From Candidatus Nanoarchaeia archaeon (lineage in GTDB: Archaea > Nanobdellota > Nanobdellia > Woesearchaeales > UBA525), in contig JANQNB010000010.1 in assembly GCA_028279755.1 (NCBI GenBank), positions 92,963 to 156,962 of the forward strand: a stretch of DNA of 64,000 nt, in the 5' to 3' direction. The notes beneath the pieces were generated by a model, which searched no databases, was not told where the DNA came from, and worked only from the letters and a program-made list of their open reading frames with translations. A program made the position numbers and the translations under genes. Within the stretch, counting starts at the first letter, position 1. Each line of letters begins with the position of its first letter. Positions 18,069 to 25,569 of the stretch are shown here, one piece after another.

Positions 18069-19471
18069 ACGCGCCTCACCACGCCTTTTGTCGTATCTAC
18101 TTCAATAGTGTCGCCGTCCTTGAAGATCTTCGTCGCGACGCGCGTGCCGACGATGCAGGGCAAGCCGAGTTCGCGGGAAACGATCGCAGCGTGCGACGTC
18201 ATTCCGCCTTCGTCTGTCACGATCGCACTTGCTTTCCGCATCGCGACCACGTAGTCAGGCGAAGTCATCGGCGCGAGCAAGATCTCGCCGTCTTTCATCT
18301 TTTCCACATTGCGCGGCGTGAGCAGAATCCGCGCCTTTCCCTGCACGATCCCTGTGCCCTGACTCACCACGATGCCGGAAGCTTCGTCTTCGTTTTCGAT
18401 CTCGACTTCCTGGTATGGCTCGATCATCCGTCGCGCTTCGTTACCCACATGATAGGTGAGGGTATCACCTTCGTCGTAATGGCAGAGATAGCCACGATAG
18501 CGTTCTTGCGCATTCTCCACTGTTTCTCCCTTGTTGGCGAGCGCTGAAATCTCTGGCACGTTGTAATAGCAGAGCTCCTTGAACGGAATGCCTTTACGTT
18601 TGCCCAGTTCTTCGAGAATCTTCGAAACGACGTGGTTGCTGATGAAGATGAACTGCTTGCGATAGTCCTGCCACCAGATGCTGTAGCTCAAGCGGCGCGC
18701 GACCTCATAGACCTCGTCAGCGATATTGTACTTCTCCCTGACTCTCTCTTTTTCCTCAAGAACCTTGACTTTATATTCTTCGATCGCTGCGACTTTCTTT
18801 TTCGCTTCGTTCAGGGAGATATTGTTAAGCTCTTCCTGGAATTCCTCTTTTGTCTTCTCAAACGTGAATCCATAGCTGTTCCTGATCCAGTAGTATTTCT
18901 TCTGGTGCTCTTCAAGCGTCGTCTCGCCGAGCTTCACCTTGAGCAAGTCCAGCTCTTCTGTCTGGTAAAAACTCAAATCCTCAGGTGTTGACAGTTTCTC
19001 GAATAGTTCGATAAAGGCCTCATGCCCTTCCAACAATCGTTTCAGTTTTTGTTCCCCGCCCCAGTTGGAGAATTCAGGCAATAAGCCGGTGATCCAGAAG
19101 TCCATGTCCCAGTCGCAGAGATTGTTCCACACGCCAGCGAGCTCTTCGTCAGACAGTCTTGTCAGGTCTGCATTGACTTGCTCTTCAAGTTCACGGAGAC
19201 GAACCAAAGTTGCTTCCCACTTCTTGAAATGCTGCTCTGCACTTTCCTTGTCCATGAGATGCGCGTTGAACAGTTTCTCACCGTAGTCGCGCAGCTTCCA
19301 GTATTCGACCACGAAGAGCACCTTGTCATCTTCGAAATACGCGAAGGATTCAGGCCAGGGGACTTCCCATACTTTGCCGTACTTGGGAAAGCTGTGGTTG
19401 AAGAAGTCTGGATAGATCGGCCGGCCGTCGATAGGCCCCCATTTGAAGAGTTCCTTGTTTAGGTCGATCAT
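18065..19471 (-). CDS. PEP-utilizer 'swivel' phospho-His domain protein, paralog 5
   Basis: C-terminus …[74 protein letters not shown]. The N-domain has …[13 protein letters not shown]… and …[12 protein letters not shown]…. Confidence 0.75.
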   Translation of the reverse strand: [468 protein letters not shown]

Positions 19472-19504
19472 GCGTCGGAGGAGAAAAAAGACTGTTTTAA
19501 ATCT

Positions 19505-20001
19505 TTAGTCTTTGGGCAAGTGTTCTGCAAACAACCCTGTATACTCGCTGAGATGACTGAGCTGCCATCCGGGAAGCGTCAGCATGCTGCGGGACATGGG
19601 GACGAGCAGTCCGGGCAGTCCCCTGACCAGTTCTGCAATGCCCCATTCGTCAGCGATCAGGCGCGCGCACTCGTTCGTCTTGGCAAGCGCTTGTGAGAAT
19701 ACCTGTTCGTGCAGGCTGCCGTCTTTGCTGACGAGCAGATGGGCAGTTCCCCGCAGATTCACCTCGCTGATTCTCTCTCCAGAAAAGCTGAGGAGTGTCG
19801 GTTGCCAGCTATAGTAATGGTCCACTCCTCTCGCTGTAATGGTTTTGTGAAGGTAAGGCATCAGGACCTGGTTTGTCACTGTCTGCAGCCGGGCGAAGAG
19901 CTGCGGAGCATTTGCCGGCGGTCTCCTTTCCAGTGAGTCGGCGAGCCCCTGACTATATATTGTGCTCGCGAAGGAATACGTTAAATCCCGTGGATTAATG
20001 T
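19505..20001 (-). CDS. Hypothetical protein (~165 aa)
   Basis: Started at MSEDINPRDLTYSF…, because the longer track ORF (to 20188) would run through the tRNA gene at 20093..20194. No recognisable motif. Confidence 0.4.
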
Positions 20002-20092
20002 CTTCTGACATGCTATGCCTCCTCCAGAACTCGCTGGAGTGATTGCTCACCCCCTCTTTTTGGTCAGGAATCTGTTTGGAGTATTTAATACA

Positions 20093-20194
20093 TGAGGGGA
20101 CTGGGATTCGAACCCAGGTAGGCACTAAGCCGACGGCTTGCACATCAATAACCGACTTTGAGGCCGTTCCGTTTGACCGCTCCGGCATCCCCTC
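20093..20194 (-). tRNA. tRNA, type II (long variable arm), predicted anticodon CAA (Leu), with a predicted ~18-nt intron 3' of position 37; CCA not encoded
   Basis: Minus-strand read: GAGGGGA-UG-CCG(GAGCGGUCAAA)CGG-A-ACGGC-CUCAAA[GUCGGUUAUUGAUGUGCA]A-GCCGU-(15-nt variable)-CUGGG-UUCGAAU-CCCAG-UCCCCUC-A. The 7-bp acceptor stem is perfect (GAGGGGA/UCCCCUC), the T-loop UUCGAAU is canonical, the D-stem has 3 bp with GG in the loop, and the discriminator is A73. The anticodon stem ACGGC/GCCGU only forms if 18 nt are removed; the intron contains UUG, complementary to the anticodon CAA as expected for a bulge-helix-bulge. Confidence 0.6.
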
Positions 20195-20259
20195 ATGGTT
20201 TTGACCACTTCGCTACCCCCACGAAGTTCTATGGAGAATCAGAAGGTGTTTTATAAATA

Positions 20260-20644
20260 TTACAGCTTGCTCAACCGTTCGTTGATGTTCGCGAGCGCGC
20301 GTTCGAGTCGTTCCGCTTCTGTGGCTGAGTCGACCGGTGCAGGCGCTTCCTCAGCAGCCTTCTCCAACGAGCTCTTCTTCGCTTTCTTGGCCTTTTTCGG
20401 CGCTTTTGGCAGGAACTCTTCGACTTCCTTCAGCGATTTCTCAGGCATGAGCTTCTCCAGCTGCGCGCACAGGCGCGCGAGCTCGCCCATGGTGTCGCTC
20501 AGCGCTTCTGCTGTCTCTTTCTTCTGGTCGCGGATCTCGAGCAGCTCGTGATAGCTCTTCAGGCTGTGCAGCAGGTCCTTGCTGCTTTCCAGCACGCGCT
20601 TGCGCATCGCGACTGGCTCGTTGATCCGGACGAAGTATGTCATT
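20260..20644 (-). CDS. Hypothetical coiled-coil, Lys-rich protein (~127 aa), third gene of a 3-gene minus-strand operon
   Basis: Started at MTYFVRINEPVAMRKRVLESSKDLLHSLKSYHELLEIRDQKK…KAPKKAKKAKK…; its ATG overlaps the stop of the 71-aa ORF (ATGA). Confidence 0.45.
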
Positions 20645-20855
20645 TGAACAGGCTTGCGTGCAGTTCGCCGCTGCGGGCTTTCACGTCCTCGAGCGAGGCT
20701 TCCCACGCTGCTATCTGTGCATCCTCTTGCTGCTTCAGTTTCTGGAGCTGCTCGAGCTGCTTGCTCGCTTCCTTGATCTTCTCGTCCACTTGCGAGAGGA
20801 CTTCGGTGAGCTCCTTGTACTTGTCGATCTTGACGAAGAGTGGCGCTTCTTCCAT
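20640..20855 (-). CDS. Small coiled-coil protein (71 aa)
   Basis: MEEAPLFVKIDKYKELTEVLSQVDEKIKEASKQLEQLQKLKQQEDAQIAAWEASLEDVKARSGELHASLFK. Spacing is tight: 4 nt after the 297-aa gene, ATGA into the next. Confidence 0.4.
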   Translation of the reverse strand: MEEAPLFVKIDKYKELTEVLSQVDEKIKEASKQLEQLQKLKQQEDAQIAAWEASLEDVKARSGELHASLFK

Positions 20856-20859
20856 GCGT

Positions 20860-21753
20860 TCACCTCGTGGCTAGGGTGTTGTCCAACTGGACAAGCTGTT
20901 CTTGTATTGTGTTGAGCGTATCTGCATACTTGCCGAACTTCTCCTTGTGCTGCGCGATGCTCTGGTTGAGCTTGTCCATCGCGGCATCGCCTTTCTGTGC
21001 TGCTTTCTTCAGATCACGGACTGTCGTGAGCGCTTCCCGATAGCCGATGGCAGGAACATACAGGGATTCCATGGTGAGCTTGGGCGGCAAGGTCATGTCG
21101 TCCAGGCTGGGAAGCTCTTCCTGCCTGTGCACTGGCTCGACTGGCTGGCTCATCTTCTCTGCAGCTTCGATCTCTGCCTCGCTGAAGTCCGGGAGTTCGA
21201 CTGGCGCGGGTTTCTTCTCTTCCACGACTGGCTCTGGCTTGTCGTCGCCGATCGGCAAAGCGCTGTCGTCGCTTTCCATAATCCCTGGCGCGTCCCAACG
21301 ATCAGGCAAATCTGTTGCGGCGCTCACCGGAGCGGCAGGAGGTTTCTCAGGCGCTGGGCTAGTTTCAGGGAGTGGAGCATCGCTTGTGTCCGCAGGCGCA
21401 GCCAGTTGGTCCGGCGCTGTTGGCGCATCTGTTGGAGGTGATTCTGGTGCAGGCGGCTTGAACTCTGAGAGATCGTCGTCGTTGTGCACGTCGTCGTGAA
21501 CCGGGAGCTCGTCCGGCGCTATGGGGTGATCAGGCGTTTTCGGCGTGTCAGCTCCGAGCTCGCCGAAGCTGTCATCAGGGATTTCCGGAGTTTGTGAGAC
21601 TTCAGGGCTGGCCGGGGGAGTATCTGGCACGCTGGGCGCTGGTTGCGGATCGCCAGGTGGTGGAGGAATCGACGGTTGCAGATTTTCCGGAGGCTTTGCT
21701 GGGGCGATTATGTCATCCTCCGGCTTCTTGTTCAAGAATCCAAAAAATCCCAT
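20860..21753 (-). CDS. Pro/Asp/Glu-rich low-complexity protein with N-terminal amphipathic segment (MGFFGFLNKK) and C-terminal helical domain
   Basis: 297 aa. Central region is PxxP-rich (PPPGDPQPAPSVPDTPPASPE…); the C-terminal ~90 aa are predicted helical (…YREALTTVRDLKKAAQKGDAAMDKLNQSIAQHKEKFGKYADTLNTIQEQLVQLDNTLATR). A TATA-like 'AAATATATAAAAAAG' lies ~35-45 bp upstream. Confidence 0.5.
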   Translation of the reverse strand: MGFFGFLNKKPEDDIIAPAKPPENLQPSIPPPPGDPQPAPSVPDTPPASPEVSQTPEIPDDSFGELGADTPKTPDHPIAPDELPVHDDVHNDDDLSEFKPPAPESPPTDAPTAPDQLAAPADTSDAPLPETSPAPEKPPAAPVSAATDLPDRWDAPGIMESDDSALPIGDDKPEPVVEEKKPAPVELPDFSEAEIEAAEKMSQPVEPVHRQEELPSLDDMTLPPKLTMESLYVPAIGYREALTTVRDLKKAAQKGDAAMDKLNQSIAQHKEKFGKYADTLNTIQEQLVQLDNTLATR

Positions 21754-21784
21754 GACTCACCCCCTCGGCGTGAAGGCTTCGTTG

Positions 21785-21799
21785 AAATATATAAAAAAG
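21785..21799 (-). promoter_or_regulatory. TATA-box-like element upstream of the 20860..21753 operon
   Basis: 'aaatatataaaaaag' sits 30-45 bp upstream of the ATG at 21753, between two minus-strand operons. Confidence 0.3.
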
Positions 21800-21830
21800 T
21801 TTCTCACTATTTTGGAATGGTTACTCTGAA

Positions 21831-22691
21831 TTATCGTCGAGAAGCGAGTTCGCGTCCGAGTGTTCTGGGGTCGCGAATTCCCTGCTCGGTGATGACCGCT
21901 GTGACAAAGCTCGGATTGAGGAATTCGAACGCGTTGTTCAGCACGGTCACGTTCTTCGGCGCTTTGTCCCAGACCTCATCGCTGCTCCTGATCTCAAGGT
22001 GCTTCTTGTAGTGCGCTGCGTCTGCGTGCGCATATTTCCACGAGGAAGCGAGCACGTACACCGGGATGTCGCGTTCGTGGGCGAGCTCTGCGATGACTTC
22101 GCTGCCGATCTTGTTGACGATCTTGCCGTCGCTCAGGAGCGCGTCTGCGCCGATGAGCACTGCCTTGCAGTTCTTGACCGCTACCCGTGCAGCGCTGTCG
22201 ACCATGTGCACGACAGGGATGCCGGCTTTTGCAAGGTCCTTTGCTGTTTGCCGTCCCTGGAAACGCGGCCGAGTCTCGGTGTTGTGCACCTCAAAGCGCT
22301 TCCCTTGCTTTTTTGCAGTGAGAAAGGCGTGCACGACCGTGCTGCTGTGGCAGTGTGTGAAGTATGTGCCCTTGTTCTTGATCAGATGGCTGGCGAAATC
22401 AGCGATGCGTTTGTCAGCGCGATCGAATTGTGTCAGCAAGTGCGCCAGGATTTTGTCCGCGTTCTTCGGTTCCGCGTGCTTCAAGAAGTACTCGATCGCG
22501 TTCTGCATCATCGGCTCTGTGCTGCGCGTCTTGAGCAATTGGTTCACGAATTTTTTCGGCACTGCTTTCTTCGTTTCTTTCAGGTATCGTGCGAGCCCCT
22601 TGACAGCGGCGCGCGCGATGTTCTCAGCGCCTTGGATCTTGAGCGACTTGATGTCTGCGACGAGCTGGTCAAACCATTTCACATGCATCAC
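21831..22691 (-). CDS. Ribose-1,5-bisphosphate isomerase (eIF-2B alpha/beta/delta-like; AMP-salvage pathway)
   Basis: …HCHSSTVVHAFL…GIPVVHMVDSAARVAVKNCKAVLIGADALLSDGKIVNKIGS…IPVYVLASSWKY… is the e2b2/MtnA-family fold. It lies directly downstream of AMP phosphorylase and RuBisCO; the start overlaps the deoA stop. Confidence 0.8.
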   Translation of the reverse strand: MMHVKWFDQLVADIKSLKIQGAENIARAAVKGLARYLKETKKAVPKKFVNQLLKTRSTEPMMQNAIEYFLKHAEPKNADKILAHLLTQFDRADKRIADFASHLIKNKGTYFTHCHSSTVVHAFLTAKKQGKRFEVHNTETRPRFQGRQTAKDLAKAGIPVVHMVDSAARVAVKNCKAVLIGADALLSDGKIVNKIGSEVIAELAHERDIPVYVLASSWKYAHADAAHYKKHLEIRSSDEVWDKAPKNVTVLNNAFEFLNPSFVTAVITEQGIRDPRTLGRELASRR

Positions 22692-24178
22692 CGAATCGTG
22701 TAGGGTTCCAGTTCCTTATCGTATTTCTTCACGTGCCGGATCTTCTCGGCGCTGTCAGCGTAGGCGGTGTATATCGGCTCGCCCTTCCTGACCTTGTCGC
22801 CGACGATCTTGTGCAAATACAATCCCGCGCCTTTCGTGATCGGCGCGCCAGCCATGCGCGCGAGCTTTGAGATCGCCTTGTTGTGGATGGCGATGACTGT
22901 CCCTTTTTTCGCCGCTTTCAGCACGAGCCGTTTGCGTCCGAGCCGAAACTGCTCTTTCGGCGGCCCCTGCGCGTCGATGATCTCCTGCATCTTCTTCCAC
23001 GCGCTGCCGCTCTCGAGGATATCCTTCGCAACCTCGTAGCTCGCCTTCTTCGACAGCCTGCCAGCGAATTCCAGGAGCTCTGCCGCGAGCAGTAAGGCTT
23101 TCTCTTTCAGGCGCTGCGGCGCATTCTCCTTGTTCTGCAGCACGGCAAGGACGTCCTTGGCCTCGAGCACCGGACCGATGCCGCGCCCGATCGGCTGGTT
23201 GCCATCGGTGATCATCACGTTGACCTTCATGCCAAGCAGGGTCCCGAGGGACAAGAAGTGCTGCTTGAGCTCCTCTGCTTCGAAGCGCTTCTCTGCCTTG
23301 GCGTGCCTGCCATACGGGATGTCGATGAGCACGTGCGTCGCGCCAACGCTGAACTTCTTAGCCATCACGCTGGAAAGCATCAGGCCCATTGCGTCGATGC
23401 TCATCGGCTTCTCGATCCTGATGATTTTGTCGTCAGCAGGCGCAAGTCCTAATGAGCCGCCCCAGGTCATGCACGCGCCGGTCTTCGCGACAACGTGCTC
23501 CATCTCCTCGAGAGTGAGCTCGACGTTCGTCAATGTTTCCATCGTGTCCGCAGTCCCTGCAGGCGAGGTGATGGCGCGACTGCTTGTCTTCGGCACCGTC
23601 AGTCCGAAGGCTGCGAGTATTGGGATGACGATCATGGTCGTCCGGTTCCCGGGCACGCCGCCGATGCTGTGCTTGTCCACGACTGGCCGTTTCCGCGTCT
23701 TGAAACGCGAGCCGTGGCGCGCGACCGCTTTAGTCAGGCCGGTGATCTCTTCAAGATTGAGTTCCTGCATCGCCACTGCCGCGACAAAATACGTGAGCTC
23801 GATCTCTGTGAGCATGTCGTCCACGATATCCTTGACGATCTTGCTCAGCTCGTTGCTCGTCAGCGTCTTGCCTTCCATCTTCTTCTTGATGAAACGCAGG
23901 CTGTCGGGCTTCGGCGCGGGGTGGAGGTCGACGATATCGTTGTTGTGCGCGCCGAGCGCGTTCGCAGCCTCGAAGAGCACGCCGACCTCGCCGGGCTTGA
24001 CGTTCTCGTCGGTCTTGATCACGTCCACGACCGCGATGATCTTTTTCTTCTTCCCGATTGTCTCGACCATGACACGGTCGCGTGGGTGCAGGTCGTACTT
24101 GATCGCGTCGCGATGGTTGATGATCACGACTTCAGTGAAGCCTGTCTCGATCCTGACATTCCGAACCTTGAGTTTCAT
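22688..24178 (-). CDS. deoA: AMP phosphorylase (thymidine phosphorylase family, DeoA-like)
   Basis: 496 aa. …DKHSIGGVPGNRTTMIVIPILAAFGLTVPKTSSRAITSPAGTADTMETL… is the phosphate-binding/glycosyltransferase family-3 core, with an N-terminal extension typical of archaeal AMPpase. Confidence 0.85.
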   Translation of the reverse strand: MKLKVRNVRIETGFTEVVIINHRDAIKYDLHPRDRVMVETIGKKKKIIAVVDVIKTDENVKPGEVGVLFEAANALGAHNNDIVDLHPAPKPDSLRFIKKKMEGKTLTSNELSKIVKDIVDDMLTEIELTYFVAAVAMQELNLEEITGLTKAVARHGSRFKTRKRPVVDKHSIGGVPGNRTTMIVIPILAAFGLTVPKTSSRAITSPAGTADTMETLTNVELTLEEMEHVVAKTGACMTWGGSLGLAPADDKIIRIEKPMSIDAMGLMLSSVMAKKFSVGATHVLIDIPYGRHAKAEKRFEAEELKQHFLSLGTLLGMKVNVMITDGNQPIGRGIGPVLEAKDVLAVLQNKENAPQRLKEKALLLAAELLEFAGRLSKKASYEVAKDILESGSAWKKMQEIIDAQGPPKEQFRLGRKRLVLKAAKKGTVIAIHNKAISKLARMAGAPITKGAGLYLHKIVGDKVRKGEPIYTAYADSAEKIRHVKKYDKELEPYTIR

Positions 24179-24182
24179 GCCG

Positions 24183-25568
24183 TCATCTCCGCTTCTTCTT
24201 CACCTTCTTTTTGACTTTCTTGGCCTTTTTCTTGATTTTTTTCTTGGGTTGTTCAACGCGCCGCTTGGCTTTGCCCCATTTCATCAATGCGCGTGCCAGT
24301 TCCTGGTGGTCTTTCGCGTACTGGCTCAGGGAGATGCCTTTCTCTGTCGCTTCCCAGGCCTGCCTGATCGCTTTCGCGCCTGCGAACGTGCCGTCCGGGT
24401 GCCCGTGGCAGCCCCCGCCGAACTGCATGACGATGTCAGTGCCCATAAGCCTGACGATCTTGGGAATGCTGAGCGGGCTCAAGCCCCCTGAGGCGACTGC
24501 AAGCACTGGCTTGATCTTGCCCCATTTCTGGTGCAGCACGTGGTGGAACTCGTCAGCGAACACTTCCTGCTTCTCGACCATGCGTTCGATAGCCAAGACT
24601 TCGTCGGGCGCGCCTTCCATCTTGCCGATGTTCGCCGTGCCGATGTGCAATTGGTCGACGCCGATGAGCCGTGAGATCTTCGCGATGGCGAACATGTCGA
24701 TGCCATGGCGCTTGTCGCGCGTGAGCGCGCCGTGCATCGCCCGGTGCGCGTGGATCGCCATCTTGTGCTTCTGGCACCAGTCACGCATGGTCTGCACTGC
24801 AGCCCAGCCCACTGTCAAGATGTCGATCATGATGTACTCGCCGCCGAGCTTCTTCACGAGCTTTGCGCGTCGTTTCATTTCCTCGGTTTCGGCAGTGACG
24901 TTGCACAGGTAGATTTTGATCTCGTTCGTCACCCGTTCTGCTCTGTCTCGTGCCGCGAACGTGAGCTTTGCGCGTTTCTTGAACCGGTTGAAGGACATGC
25001 TCGTGAGGTTCTCGTCGTCCTTCACCACGTCGAGGCCGCCGGTCCATGCTTGCCACGCGACGTCTGCGTGCTGCTCGCTCGTGAGCCCGACTTTTGGCTT
25101 GACGATCGTGCCGAGCAATGGCCGATTCTTCACTTTCGTGATTTTCCTGATGCCTTCGATGCCGAACTGCGGCCCTTTGAAGCTCTTCAGGATCGTGTCG
25201 GTGAACCTGATGTCTTCCAATCGGAGTTTCGCGAGCTCTTTCATGCCGTAGATGTTGCCGGCGATGCTGCTCAGTATACCGGGCATGTTGCCGGGCTCGA
25301 ACAAGTGCTCTGGATACGCGATCTTGACTTCGCCGTTCTTCTTGATCGAGTAGACGTGCGGTTTGAGCGTTTTTGCGATGGTCGGGTTCATGGTCTGGAT
25401 CTTGGTCCACGTGCCGATCGAGCTTTCGCCGGCGATGTATTCTGCCGCGCGCTCTATCGTCGTTCCTTTGATTGGCGTGACGATGTAATTGAGCAGCACG
25501 TCGGTCTTTTTCGGTTTGTATTGTTTGTCCACGAAATCCAGATTGCCGTAGATGGTCATGATTCTCAC
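24183..25568 (-). CDS. rbcL: Ribulose-1,5-bisphosphate carboxylase large subunit, form III (archaeal type), with a 25-residue poly-Lys C-terminal tail
   Basis: …GTIVKPKVGLTSEQHADVAWQAWTGGLDVVKDDENLTS… (active-site Lys in KDDE), …MAIHAHRAMHGALTR…, …VASGGLSPLSIPKIVRLMGTDIVMQFGGGCHGHPDG…; the C-terminus is …QPKKKIKKKAKKVKKKVKKKRR. Confidence 0.9.
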   Translation of the reverse strand: MRIMTIYGNLDFVDKQYKPKKTDVLLNYIVTPIKGTTIERAAEYIAGESSIGTWTKIQTMNPTIAKTLKPHVYSIKKNGEVKIAYPEHLFEPGNMPGILSSIAGNIYGMKELAKLRLEDIRFTDTILKSFKGPQFGIEGIRKITKVKNRPLLGTIVKPKVGLTSEQHADVAWQAWTGGLDVVKDDENLTSMSFNRFKKRAKLTFAARDRAERVTNEIKIYLCNVTAETEEMKRRAKLVKKLGGEYIMIDILTVGWAAVQTMRDWCQKHKMAIHAHRAMHGALTRDKRHGIDMFAIAKISRLIGVDQLHIGTANIGKMEGAPDEVLAIERMVEKQEVFADEFHHVLHQKWGKIKPVLAVASGGLSPLSIPKIVRLMGTDIVMQFGGGCHGHPDGTFAGAKAIRQAWEATEKGISLSQYAKDHQELARALMKWGKAKRRVEQPKKKIKKKAKKVKKKVKKKRR

Positions 25569-25569
25569 C

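Noticed and set aside
17139-18254. 371-aa plus ORF
   Set aside because: Antisense across two swivel-domain genes; no motifs.
8063-19471. Interpretation of the swivel-domain genes as fragments/pseudogenes of a single PEP synthase
   Set aside because: There are six intact ORFs with individually conserved His-domains, different N-domains, clean ATGA couplings and no frameshift remnants of ATP-grasp or TIM-barrel sequence between them.
20002-20188. 5' extension of ORF 19505..20188
   Set aside because: Would overlap the well-formed tRNA at 20093..20194; downstream ATG at 20001 used instead.
23130-24491. 453-aa plus ORF, plus 24705..25613 and 25795..26943
   Set aside because: All antisense to rbcL/deoA/MBL nuclease, which have unambiguous family signatures; shadow ORFs of a GC-rich operon.
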